64,000 bases of DNA from Octopus vulgaris (GCA_951406725.2 OX597818.1:133858001-133922000); one strand, 5' to 3'; shown: positions 14,402 through 26,760, counted from the first letter of the stretch. Program-made: numbers and translations. Notes: a model not told the origin generated them from the sequence alone.

Positions 14402-14787
14402 TCATCATCGTTTAACGTCTGCTTTCCATGCTAGCATGGGTTGGATGGTTCAACTGGGGTCTGGGGAGCCCAAAGGCTGCACCAGGCCAGTCAGATCTGG
14501 CAGTGTTTCTACAGCTGGATGCCCTTCCTAACGCCAACCACTCCGAGAGTGTAGTGGGTGATTTTATGTGCCACCAACACAGGTGCCAGACGAGGCTGGC
14601 GAACAGCCACACTCGGATGGTGTTTTTTATGTGCCACCGACACAGGTGCCAGATGAGGCTGGCAGACGGCCACGCTCGGATGGTGTTTTTTATGTGCCAC
14701 CGACACAGGTGCCAGACGAGGCTGGCAGACGGCCACGCTCGGATGGTGTTTTTTATGTGCCACTGACACAGGTGCCAGACGAGGCTA
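14402..14787 (-). mobile_element. Family A RTE 3' end with 63-bp tandem array
   Basis: About 3.6 copies of ggtgttttttatgtgccaccgacacaggtgccaga.gaggctggcagacggccacgctcggat. Confidence 0.85.
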
Positions 14788-15203
14788 TACTAATAAAATA
14801 CACTTCTAATCTTTTTACATATCCTCTTATAGAATATTAGTTAACCATGAAAGAATTTTAGCTCAGCAATCCAGCTCCACAAATAATTCATCAATTATGC
14901 AAAATACCTTTACATACAGCAATGAAGTGTGTCAGCTAAATGTACATAAAAGGAATGCAAAAATGGATATTGCAAGTGCTGCAGTGTCTTCCATAACATT
15001 GCTAGTATGATATCAAGCACAATGAAAGACAATTAATAATTAGGCAGCAGATGTTTACAAGATCAAATATAAAGTATGATAAACTTCTTTCTTGTCTTTT
15101 TGATTGTCAGTTAGATTTAAATATACCTTGACAAAATGAAAGCATAAACTAGGGAAGAAGATGCAAAACAAAAAGGGAATCCAGTATTCTATAATATATT
15201 AAG

Positions 15204-15945
15204 TAAAAAGCATTATCTGAATTGTGGCCGATGCCAGCGCCGCCTCGACTGGCTTCCGTGTCGGTGGCACGTAAAAAGCACCATCTGAATCGTAGCCGAA
15301 GCCAGTGCCGCCTCGACTGGCTTCCATAAAATGCACCATCCGAATTGTGGCCGATGCCAGCGCCGCCTCGACTGGCTTCCGTGTCGGTGGCACGTAAAAA
15401 GCACCATCTGAATCGTAGCCGAAGCCAGTGCCGCCTCGACTGGCTTCCATAAAATGCACCATCCGAATCGTGGCCGATGCCAGCGCCACCTCGACTGGCT
15501 TCCGTGTCGGTGGCACGTAAAAAGCACCATCTGAATCGTAGCCGAAGCCAGTGCCGCCTCAACTGGCTTCCATAAAATGCACCATCCGAATCGTGGCCGA
15601 TGCCAGCGCCACCTCGACTGGCTTCCGTATCGGTGGCACGTAAAAAGCACCATCCGAATCGTAGCCGAAGCCAGTGCCGCCTCGACTGGCTTCCATAAAA
15701 TGCACCAATCCGACCGTGGCCGATGCCAACCTCGCCTGGCACCAGTGCAGGTGGCACGTAAAAAGCACCCACTACACTCACGGAGTGGTTGGCGTTAGGA
15801 AGGGCATCCAGCTGTAGAAACTTTGCCAGATAAGACCGGAGCCTGGTGCAGCCTTCTGGCTTCCCAGATCCCCGGTCGAACCGTCCAACCCATGCTAGCA
15901 TGGAGAACGGACGTTAAACGATGATGATGATGATGATGATGATGA
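15204..15945 (+). mobile_element. Family A RTE 3' end with 123-bp (68+55) higher-order tandem array
   Basis: Four 123-bp units at 15204-15695, then one further monomer, the conserved block and the (GAT)n tail. Confidence 0.88.
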
Positions 15946-16325
15946 TTAAGAGTGCCTTCTTAAAACTTTATCTTCTTCAGTGTATCTAGGACATCTTGGT
16001 AGAAAAAAATCATTCTTCATCAATTTATACTCAGAGGAGGTTTTGAATCAGCAGTGCAAATCATTGAAACACATATTGGTATGTTTTTTATAGTAATCTG
16101 AAGATATTTATTGCAGCCAGGTAAAACTAAGCCAATGAGAATTATGAGTTATAGCGATAGGCACATCACAATGACAGTGACAGTATACAAGCAGACTGAC
16201 CATTCCATTCAGCTGATAAGCTTATTTTGCTATTCTCTCAGCCACCTATAACTCCAGATATGGAGGGGAAATATTGCAAAGAGTAGGAGAAAAGTCACAA
16301 CAAAATGTAAAAGTAGATTACTCTC

Positions 16326-16404
<79 letters not shown>

Positions 16405-16781
16405 CTCTGTTGACTAAAGAGAAATCGAATGAAAGAAATCTTTAATTATGTGAAAACAAACATCACTGTCAGACACATATGATGGCGATAAAAATATCAG
16501 CTCATAAAACACTGGACATTGAAGCATCACTAAAATTGCTGCCTTCATCTAGCTGTATCTAAGACAAGTCAACCATACAAGACCAGAACTCATCTCATCC
16601 AAAATAACATTTAGGTGAAAACTTGGACTCAGTTGGCAATTATACAGTAAACTAGCCAGTTTAGTAGTTAGACAAGTGTGTAAAGATATTTACATGCTGT
16701 TATAAAAGCTAAGTAAAGAAAGTATTAATGCAGCAAGAACTATCTCAAACAACTCTATTCAGAAAATAAGTGGTGGCTAGA

Positions 16782-17258
16782 TCATCATTATCATTGTTTA
16801 ACATCTGCTCTCCATGCTGGCATGGGTTGGATGGTCTGACATGGAGCTGACTAGCAAGGAGCTGTCCAAAGTCCAACTGTCTGTTGTGGCATGGTTTCTA
16901 TGGCTGAATGCCCTTCCTAATGCCAACCACTTAGCAAAGTGGGCCAGGTGCTTTTTACAGCCACTGGCATGGGTGCGTTTACACAACAGCAGCATAGGTG
17001 CATTAACACAGCACCAGAAAGGACAAACCTGTATGTGAAGAAGACAAGCAATTTTACTTAGCTTGACATGTCTTGTTAAGTACAGCAAATCACCACATCT
17101 CTCAGTCCCTTATCATTTCCTCAGTGAAGCCCAGCATCCTAAGTGAAGCCCAGCATCCTTTCTCGCCACTTCATCCTACATCTTCCTGGGCCTACCCCTT
17201 CCACAGGTACCCTCCACAATTAGAACTTGGCACTTCTTTATGCAGCTGTCCTCATCTA
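16782..17258 (-). mobile_element. Family A RTE LINE 3' end retaining the ORF C-terminus
   Basis: DEDSCIKKCQVLIVEGTCGRGRPRKM*DEV (RTE-type GRGRPRK motif) is contiguous with the family A 3' block. Confidence 0.8.
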
Positions 17259-17438
17259 TGAATTGATTAGGTACTGAACATTCACCTGAAGGAACAACAA
17301 TTTTGTATCCTGTCAAAAAGAATTGCATGGCGCTGAAATTACCTAACTCTAAGTGCACCCCGTTTAACATATATGCTATATATACTCAGTTGTAGCAATA
17401 GCAAGGGTGATGATGATCATCATGGTAGTAGCAGTAGC

Positions 17439-17482
<44 letters not shown>

Positions 17483-17550
17483 CAGCAGCAGCTACAGCAA
17501 CAGTATTTAAACGTTTTTTTTGTTTTTTGAAATTAAGAAAATTTCCTTAC

Positions 17551-17666
17551 CTGGGAATAATTCCTCTTTGCGCTGTTGGATCCTTGACTCCTTGCATAGT
17601 AAAAGACTTCCCACAGCCTGTCTGGCCATAGGCAAAAATAGTCCCGTTATAACCTTCAGTGACACC
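17551..17666 (-). CDS. KIF17: Internal coding exon of a kinesin-2 motor (KIF17/OSM-3-like), P-loop region
   Basis: Minus strand ttttgtttag|GGTGTC...ATTCCCAG|gtaagg. 116 nt = [38 protein letters not shown] plus 2 nt of Arg (phase 0 start, phase 2 end). Kinesin P-loop GQTGxGKS; the flanking GVTEGYNG and QRGIIPR match KIF17 as I recall it. Confidence 0.93.
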
Positions 17667-18054
17667 CTAAACAAAATGAATATGAAAACAAAATAAGATA
17701 TATGCATAGTTTGTGGTAAAGCGGAAAAATCGTTGATAGTTACATCTAAATGCATTGCTAAGTATACTTTGATGTAGTTACTGTTATTGCTGTTAGTAGT
17801 AGTAGTAGTACTGATGGTGGTAGAAATGGTAATTGTGATGAGGTGGTGTGAGATAGCTTAGATCCAATCTTATTCAGAAGACCTATGATCAAATGCATTT
17901 TAAACAACACCACTGTGTTATCTTTTGTCTTTTGCTTCCTTTAGACTGTAGCCATGCTGGAGCAAGACCTCCATAAATTTCAGTTGAATGAACCGATCAC
18001 AATACCTTTTATTTATTTTTGCTTAAGCTTGGCACTTATTCTATTGGTCACTGG

Positions 18055-18441
18055 CACTTGTGCCCCGTGCTAGTAGGATGCTAAGAGCACCATCCGAGCG
18101 TGATCGTTGCCAGAGCAGCTAACTGGCTTCCATGCCGGTGGCATGTAAAAGGCACCATTCGAGCGTGATCGTTACCAGCATCGCCTTACTGGCACCTGTG
18201 CCAATGGCATGTGTAAAAAAGATTCGAGTGAGGTCGTTGCCAGTACTGCCTGACTGACCCCCATGCCAGTTGTAAGTAAACACACTCACTACACTCTCAG
18301 AGTGGTTGGCATTAGGAAGGGCATCCAGCTGTAGAAACTCTGCCAGATCAAGATTTTAGCCTGGTGCAGCCTTCTGGCTTGCCAGTCCTCAGTCAAACTG
18401 TCCAACCTATGCTAGCATGGAAAGCGGATGTTAAACGATGA
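18055..18441 (+). mobile_element. Family A RTE 3' end with tandem units
   Basis: aaagcacc..gtggcatgt units, then the conserved block and GAT tail. Confidence 0.85.
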
Positions 18442-18470
18442 TAATATATATATGATAACATATATATATT

Positions 18471-18906
18471 ATCATCATCATCATCGTCATTTAACGTCCA
18501 CTTTCCATGCTGGCATGGGTTGGACGGTTTGACTGGAGGACTGGCAAGCCAGAAGGCTGCACCAGGCTCCAATCTGATCTGGCAAAGTTTCTACAGCTGG
18601 ATGCCCTTCCTAATGCTAACCACTCTGAGAGTGTAGAGGGCCAGTCAGGCGGTCCTGGCCACGACCACACTCAAATGATATTTTTCATATGCCACTTGCA
18701 CAGGAGCCAGTCTGGTGGCACTGGCAACGACCACACTCGAATGCTGTTTTTCTCATACCACTGGCACATGTGCCAGTAAGGCGACACTAGCAATAATCAC
18801 ACTCAAATGGTGCTTTTTATGTGCCACCGGCATGGGAGCCAGTCAGCAGCTCTGGCAACGATCACACTTGGATGGTGCTTTTAATGTTCCACTGGCACGA
18901 GTGCCA
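18471..18906 (-). mobile_element. Family A RTE 3' end, inverted relative to 18055-18441
   Basis: Reverse-complement match to the preceding copy, including the tandem units. Confidence 0.85.
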
Positions 18907-19577
18907 ATCAAAAATTGCTGTGTACCATGCATGTGTACTGACATTGCTCCTCTACTCATGTGAGACATGGACCCTTTACAAACGTCATGTAAGGGTCCTT
19001 GAACGCTTTCATCAGAGATGTCTCAGACACATTCTCAATGTTGGCTGGACCTTAAAAATTCCAGACACACAGGTCCTAAGGATGTCTTGAGTATTGAGGT
19101 GATGGTGCACAAGCACCAGTTACGTTGGACTGGACACCTTATTAGAATGATGGATAGCAAGATCCCTAAGCAGTTGCTATGTGGAAAACTTGTGAATGGA
19201 AAGTGACCCCGGCAGAAACCAATGCTGCAATTTAAGGACTGAGTCAAGTCCTCATTAAAGGTCTGTGATATGCAGGAGATTGATTGGGAGAACAATGCCT
19301 GTCCTCATCACAGATGGAGGAAGCTGGTTAAGGAGAAGGTCAACACTTTTGAGAGAGCATGTATTCAGCATGAAGAACTTAAGTGTGCTGCACGAAAGCA
19401 CATGGTTGGTGTACTGAATGGGGAAAGCTTCATCTGCAATATTTGCAGTCATGTATGCTTGTCAAGAGCAGGGCTCATTAGCCACCAACAGACCCACAAA
19501 TGCAAAGTATAAGTTAGTCCCAGAGTGCACAATGTTCCTGAAGGTCAGCAATGGTCTTCTTCGGTCACGAGTGGACA

Positions 19578-19584
<7 letters not shown>
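18907..19584 (+). mobile_element. 5'-truncated RTE-clade LINE (second family) with C-terminal C2H2 finger
   Basis: KIAVYHACVLTLLLYSCETWTLY..LERFHQRCLRHIL..QLRWTGHLIRM..IPKQLL..FICNICSHVCLSRAGLISHQQTH, with frameshifts and stops. Confidence 0.92.
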
Positions 19585-19639
<55 letters not shown>

Positions 19640-19884
19640 ATATATATGTATGTATGTATGAATATATATATATATATATATATGATGTATATATGTATGT
19701 ATACATATATATACATATATATAATATGCATGTATATATATATATGTATGTATTTATATATATATATGTGTGTGTGTGTATCTATATATATGTATATATA
19801 TGTGTATGTATATATGTGTATATATGCATGTATATATGTAAATATATATGTATGTATATATGTATATGTGTATACATACAATTG

Positions 19885-20100
19885 ATCCAAACATGAAAAC
19901 ACAAAGAGAAAACACAACAACACGAGGACGTGGAACAAGTATAGTTTTATTGGACGCTCAGGAAAGGAAAGAAAGAAGGAGGATTTAATGTTTCAAGCGG
20001 AGCTCTTCATCAGAAACATAGTAAAAGGAGAGATCCAAGGAAGGGAAGATGGAGGGAAAAAAATCACCAACAATACACATGTGGCGTGGCCTTCAATCAA
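19885..20100 (-). mobile_element. Short (TA)n-embedded element with hammerhead-like motif (Penelope-like terminal fragment?)
   Basis: Minus strand gtttCTGATGAa-gagc-tcc-gctt-GAAAcattaaat at 19983-20017. Related to 44255-44445. Confidence 0.55.
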
Positions 20101-20184
20101 ATAGTAGTATAAATAATATATATATGCATGCATATATATATATATAGACATATATATAGACATATATATACATATGCATATATG

Positions 20185-20690
20185 TGTACAGGACGTCACC
20201 AACTGTATGCCACATTAAATATGAAAACAAATGAGTTCAATATGCAAACAACGATAGAAATAAATGGGAAACAACCCTTCATCTGTTGTCGGCTGTCTAT
20301 CTACTCCTTATTTTGAGCAATGTACAACAATATTAGTCTTCAAAGACAGTTGCTCCCATGAGTACCAAAACAACATTTGGGATTCATGGAGGGTCAAAGT
20401 TGGGAACAGAAACATGACAGTGGAGACATACAAGGAAACTAAATGAAAACAAACATGAAGGGTTGTAAGACCAGAATGAGGATAAAATAGTGAATGCTGG
20501 AGAAATATTTTCTTTGACAAGAGAAAAGACAGAAGAGAGAGATAGGATATGTCCAGTCTTTAGGACAGTCCCGAATGGAAAGGAATATGATCAGGTGAGG
20601 AAAAGAAAGATGGACAATGGTCATGTGTGAGCAACAAGAGAGAGAACAGAAGAAAGATGGGGAGTGAGAGAGAAAGACACACATTAATAC
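20185..20690. repeat. Unclassified (TA)n-associated dispersed repeat
   Basis: Homologous to 23550-23960 (tacaggacgt..cccttcatc..ctactcct..gctggagaaatattttcttt..). Confidence 0.65.
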
Positions 20691-20735
<45 letters not shown>

Positions 20736-21375
20736 TAGATATATATACATATATCTATGTGTGTGTCTTTGTTTCTGTGTTTGTCCTACACCACCACTTG
20801 ACAAGTGGTGTTTGTGCGTTTACATACCCATAACTTAGCTGTTCAGCAAAAGGGTCCGATAGAATAATTACCAGGCTTAAAAGACAAAAAGTCCTAGGGT
20901 CAATTTGTTTAAGTGAAACTTTTTGAGGTAATGCTCCAGCATGGTCGTAGTCATATGACTGAAACAAGTTAAAGATAAATGATTATGAATCTATCCCTGT
21001 GTTGATCCTTGCTGCATCGAACAAATGAAAGTATCATCTCCAGTTTCCACCCCAGTTTTAATTCTCTGTGATAGTCATTTGGCTATTTATATTATAACAT
21101 CTCTTTCAGAAGAGCATGGTAAAAAAAAATATGAAAAATCATGACTTCCTTACTAATAAGTTTAACAAAAGACTCCCTAAAAAGTAACATTAGAAAAATA
21201 ATATAAAGCTACCCAAGAAATCCTAAAAGTGGTTGCTCAATCTACTGGAAATAGCAAGCAAATCATTCTCTAATTACATCCTACTCTCTTTAAAAAGAAG
21301 GACACTTTGGATAATGGGGTCCTAGGTTCTCCATGTCTCAACAAAAGAATGACAGGATGGACAGAGTTGGCTTAA

Positions 21376-21595
21376 CCCTTTAGTGTTTAAACCGGCCATA
21401 TCCGGCCCAAATATTCTACATGTTTTATATTCAAACTGGCCATATCTGGCCTCTCACACCTAACCTACAGTGACATTCTAAAAATAAACAATCATATCAT
21501 TGACACCTCAAAGCTATAACATAATGCATGATTAATTCAAAACAATTTGAGTGAAAAAGTATTACATTTAATAGAGAAATGTGAACACCAAAGGG
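21376..21595. mobile_element. piggyBac-type MITE (family G)
   Basis: TTAA|cccttt ... aaaggg|TTAA. Confidence 0.82.
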
Positions 21596-23064
21596 TTAAA
21601 TATTACCTAAGACTAACCAATAATAAATATTATATAATAAGAATCATCATGTGTGTGTGATTGCATACATGTGTGTATGAATGTGTATGTGTGCATGTGT
21701 ATAAATGCTTGCATGTGCACAATGTCATGTTCCTCATTCATGAGTGACACAGGAAATTTATATTCTATATTCAGTGATAGTGGAATAGTTGATATTGTTA
21801 GGGAGTGAGTATTACTGAATGCTATTACATTTTGCCATTTCTTCCCAGATACTTAGGTCAAAGCTATCATTTAAGAGATTCATTAAGAGATAGTTGATTC
21901 ATTTACATTTTAAGAAATGTTTTAATTATTTTTATTTTCTTGACTCTGTTCTCTAAGTAAGTTGACCATAAAGATTTTTTTTTTTTTTTCAGTTTATCTC
22001 TTGAATATAATTATAGTCTTGAAATGAGCTGAAAAATATCACAGTTGACATTTAAATTTAAACCTCATATATCTAAACAGGCTAGCAAGAAAGATAGAGA
22101 GATAAAGAAAATTGTAAGAAGAAAGACGAATATTAACATTCAGTGAACAATATGAATTATAAAATCCTTTATTGAATAATTTCAAGTCTTTTAATCGTAT
22201 TGAAGAAACCTTTGTTCATGATTCTGATGTTGACATTTACATGCACTTTGGAATAAAATAAATAGATTGGTTCAGGAAGTCTATAATAGCGCCAGTCAAT
22301 TGATGCCATGTTTTTCTATCAGATAGCAGTCTATAGATCAGAATCTTACCATCTGATTCGACTCAGCATAACTGCACCTTTGGTGATGCTAGAGTCTCAT
22401 TCAGGAAGTGATTTCACACCCAGAATTTCCCCCCCACATGCTCAGTTCAAAGTCCAGACGGAGATGTAAATCTCGTTTTCAATGAAATTAGTTTGCATAT
22501 CTGATAAGATAAATGCCAAAGAACCATACACCTCTCCATGGAGTTCCAACAAATCATTTATGACATTACTGAAACTATGTCTGCTGTCTGGTATCTCTTT
22601 CAAATCATTGATAACTGAATTTCTCAGCAGCCATATTTATATGCTCTGGAAACAAAATATATAAATCACACATTTTTTTTTTTCAAATAGAATCAAATTT
22701 TTTTCTTTTCACCATTTTTCATTTCCGTTTTTTTTGTTGTTTTTTTGTTGTTATTCTCCTCTAAATATAGTGCTAGCTAAAGTCAAAAATACATTTCACA
22801 TAATTTTACTTATGTTTTCTTTTATTTCTACAACTTTCAAAATGACTAGGCTTCAAATCAAGAAATTTACAATACAAAGCACATCCTTGAATTTCAAGAT
22901 GTCTTTAAAGTTTGATAGACAGAAAACAGACAGACACACACACATACACACAGATAGATAGACAGATATTCGTATATGTGTGCGTGTGTATGTGTATATG
23001 TGTATATATATGTATATCTGTATGCACATATATGTATATATATGTCCATGTATACATATGTATG

Positions 23065-23101
<37 letters not shown>

Positions 23102-23134
23102 ACATATATATATGTGTATGTATGTGTGTGTGTG

Positions 23135-23167
<33 letters not shown>

Positions 23168-23277
23168 ATAGATAAACTTACTTGGAAATGGATGTGTGAC
23201 ATTCAATCAAATATTAATATAAATAATATGTGTGTATATATATGTATATATGTATATGTAAAGAAATACATATATAC

Positions 23278-23360
<83 letters not shown>

Positions 23361-23371
23361 TACATACATAT

Positions 23372-23428
<57 letters not shown>

Positions 23429-23437
23429 CATATATAC

Positions 23438-23477
<40 letters not shown>

Positions 23478-23490
23478 CATACATATATAC

Positions 23491-23543
<53 letters not shown>

Positions 23544-23549
23544 TATATG

Positions 23550-23960
23550 CGTACAGGACGTTACAAACTGTAAACAACATGAAATACAAAAACAAATGAG
23601 AGAAACAAATGGAAAACAGGGCAAGTAACATAAAGAAAGACCCTTCATCAGTTGTCATCTGTTCATCTACTCCTCATTTCAAGCATTGAACAACAATATG
23701 AGTCTTCAAATGCAGTTGATTCCACAAACACCAAAATAAAATTTGGGATTTGTGGAGGGTCAAAGTTAGTAACAAAAACAGCACAGTGGAGACATACAAG
23801 GAAACAAAACAAAAACAAACATGGAAGGTCGTTAGATCAGACAAACGTAAAATAGCAAATGCTGGAGAAATATTTTCTTTCGCAAGAGAAAAGATAGAAG
23901 AGAGGGATAGATAGGATACGTGCAGTCTTTACAACAGCCCTGAAGGAAAAGAGAGATGGA
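23550..23960. repeat. Second copy of the unclassified (TA)n-associated repeat
   Basis: Colinear with 20185-20690. Confidence 0.65.
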
Positions 23961-24484
23961 TGATGTTTTGCATTGTACTGTATTATTATTATTGTTGTTG
24001 TTGCTATTATGCTGCTATTCCAACATATTATGATGTTGAAGTATTCTACCTGATTTTTTCCACATAATATGTACTGTGAACCGCATGATGCATATATTGT
24101 TTTGCTGGTATTATTGTTATTAATAATAATAATAATAATATTAGTAGCAATAGTGGTAATGGTAATGATAATGATGGTAATATTAATGGCATTTTGTAAC
24201 TTAATATAATGAACTCTTGACTTTGTATATGTGCATTTGAATATATAGATATATGTATGTCTGTATATTGTAATATTCTAATATATTGATTTGACCAACT
24301 GTAACCTTGAATATAGAACATATGTATGTATATTGTTGTATATTATTATGTATATGTATATATATATATATAGGAGCATGGGTATATGCACTCATATGTA
24401 TGTGTATATTATATATTATGGGTATGTACCCACTCTTGTATGGGTGTACCTCCTCTGATATCCATATTTAGTTTGTACTTTATA

Positions 24485-24611
24485 ATCTCTGAAGAGGCCT
24501 TGGGATATTTTTGTAAGTGTCTCATTTATAACCACATATTAACTTATCAAACCTGGCTAATATGAGCATAATGAGATACCCATATCTGCATGGCTGAAAC
24601 AGCTGTAAGAT
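24485..24611 (+). ncRNA. Type I minimal hammerhead ribozyme-like motif (Penelope-like remnant)
   Basis: atct-CTGAAGA-ggcc-(about 90 nt)-ggct-GAAA-cagctg-TA-agat. Stem I atct/agat, stem II ggcc/ggct, palindromic stem III, GUA cleavage triplet. Confidence 0.6.
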
Positions 24612-25091
24612 GTAGTTTATATTTATATTTATATTTATATTTATTTATATTCACTTATGCATATTGTACTTATTGTATCATATTACTCATTGATGTGCAT
24701 TGTTTTGTTCTATACTATTATGTTTGACCTTGATGTTCATATGTAGTGGGTTAATAAATTATGTGATTGGGTATTATCTGGTAGTTGATTATTGATTAAG
24801 GTGTATTTCTCCATTTTCTTATTTTGTATTATTAATTTGTGGTAAAACATTTTACCTTTGCCCATATAACACAATAAATGAATTAATTGCATCACAATTC
24901 TTAACATTTATGTATTAACTTTGTTGGGTGCTTTACTGGCAGTATATTGGATATATGTTATCCCATGGTGGGTTGCACTCACAACCCCTATCTCAATTTA
25001 TATATAAATATATATATATACGTATACATGCAAACATATATATATATATACATGTATGCATATATATATGTATACATATATATATATATGT

Positions 25092-25132
<41 letters not shown>

Positions 25133-25149
25133 AATATATATATATGTAA

Positions 25150-25181
<32 letters not shown>

Positions 25182-25254
25182 ATATATATGCATACATATA
25201 TGTATGTATATATATGTATATATATGTATATATAAGGAAACATGAATATATATA

Positions 25255-26105
25255 CAGGGTGTGATGGGTAAATTTTCACCATTTTATATTTTTAATTTCA
25301 CATATGGGTATTGTCTACTTTTGATTTTGTCAACTACTCAGTATAGTAGGGTTAGTTGGACACCATCTGTGAGAAAAACAGCACCATAACAAAATTCCCT
25401 CTACCAGAAATTTGGAAATGACAAGCTGTACTGCTTGGTATTTGTGCCAGAAGCTCCAGTACAATCATTTGAGAGTGTTTGGGTGTCAATCTGAGGACAG
25501 TGCAATCTGATGACATGTACCAAGAGTGATAAAAATCAAACATCCAGTCAACATCATGGTGTTTTTGAGTGATCACTAGTCATGGCAACATTATGCTTCC
25601 ATTGATGAAGTACCTGGAGGAGGTAGTGCTGCCCTGGGTCAATAGGGTGGCTGCTGGAAGACCCTATGTCTCACAACAGGACTCTGCATTATGCCACACA
25701 AGCAGGAGAACCCAGTCATGGCTGTCAGACAATTTCTGTGACCACGTAACCCCTAACATCTGGCCACCTAACTCCCCAGACTGCAACCCCCTTGATTATC
25801 ATGTGTGAGGTGCAGTTGAGTGAGAGACCAACTAAACTCCTTGTAACACCAAAGATGAACTGAATGGAAGGATTACGACAGCATTCACCAACTTAAACAA
25901 GGAGAGCATTCAGAAGAGTTGCAGGAGATTCCAAAGTCATCTGGAGGCCATGGTTGAAGCCAATGGCGATTTTATTGAATAAATTTACTCTTTAGTATTT
26001 CAAGATATTTGTGTGTAATTTTAATAAATATATCTGTTAAAATGAGATGTCAGTGTTATTTTCATTTTTGCGTAATTTAGATGACAGTTTATTCACCACA
26101 CCCTG
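25255..26105 (+). mobile_element. Internally deleted DD37D (maT) Tc1/mariner transposon
   Basis: TIR cagggtgtg/cacaccctg after TA. QQD-[37 aa]-DY spacing counted in QQDSALCH...WPPNSPDCNPLDY; C-terminus EANGDFIE. Confidence 0.9.
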
Positions 26106-26179
26106 CATATATGTCTATGGATACATATATGTATGTATACATATATATATATGTATGTATGCATATATATATACATAAA

Positions 26180-26597
26180 TTTCATGACTGTGTGGTAAGA
26201 AGCTTGCTTTCCAACTACATGGTTCCGGGTTCAATCCCACCTACATGGCACCTTGGGCAAATGTCTTCTACTATAGCCTTGAGTTGCCCAAAACCTTGTG
26301 AGTTGATTTGGTAGATGGAAACTGAAAAGAAGCCTGTCGTATATGTATGTGTGTGTGTGTGTGTGTATGTATGTGTCTTGTGTCTGTGTTTGTTCCCCTC
26401 CCACCATCGCTTGACAACTGATGCTGGTGTGTTTACATCCCCATAACTTAGCAGTTTGACAAAAGAGACCGATTAAATAAGTAACAGGCTTTCAAAGAAT
26501 AAGTCCTAGAGTCGATTTCTTCAACTAAAAAGGCAGTGCCCCAGTGCTCCAGCATGGCCACATGCAAATGACTGAAACAAATAAAAGAATAAAAGAA
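26180..26597 (+). mobile_element. Family C SINE
   Basis: tRNA-like head, CORE-like block and aaagaat tail. Confidence 0.8.
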
Positions 26598-26661
26598 AAT
26601 ATATGTGTGTGTATGTGTGTGTGTATGAGTGTGTGTGTGTTTGTGCACATATATGTATATA

Positions 26662-26703
<42 letters not shown>

Positions 26704-26729
26704 TGCAGGAATATATTATATATGTTTGC

Positions 26730-26760
<31 letters not shown>

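Noticed and set aside
15204-15760. CRISPR-like repeat/spacer appearance of family A arrays
   Set aside because: The intervening sequences are homologous to one another, the arrays are part of a LINE 3' end, the context is eukaryotic and there are no cas genes.
15149-15901. 250-aa ORF with 41-aa repeats
   Set aside because: By-product of a 123-bp GC-rich tandem repeat. It is antisense to the LINE, and overlapping frames are open too.
22853-23658. Many YI/HT/CV-rich ORFs here and elsewhere
   Set aside because: Translations of (TA)n and (CA)n microsatellites.
23640-23690. Minus-strand GAAA..CTGATGA as a permuted hammerhead
   Set aside because: No convincing stems or NUH site could be assigned.
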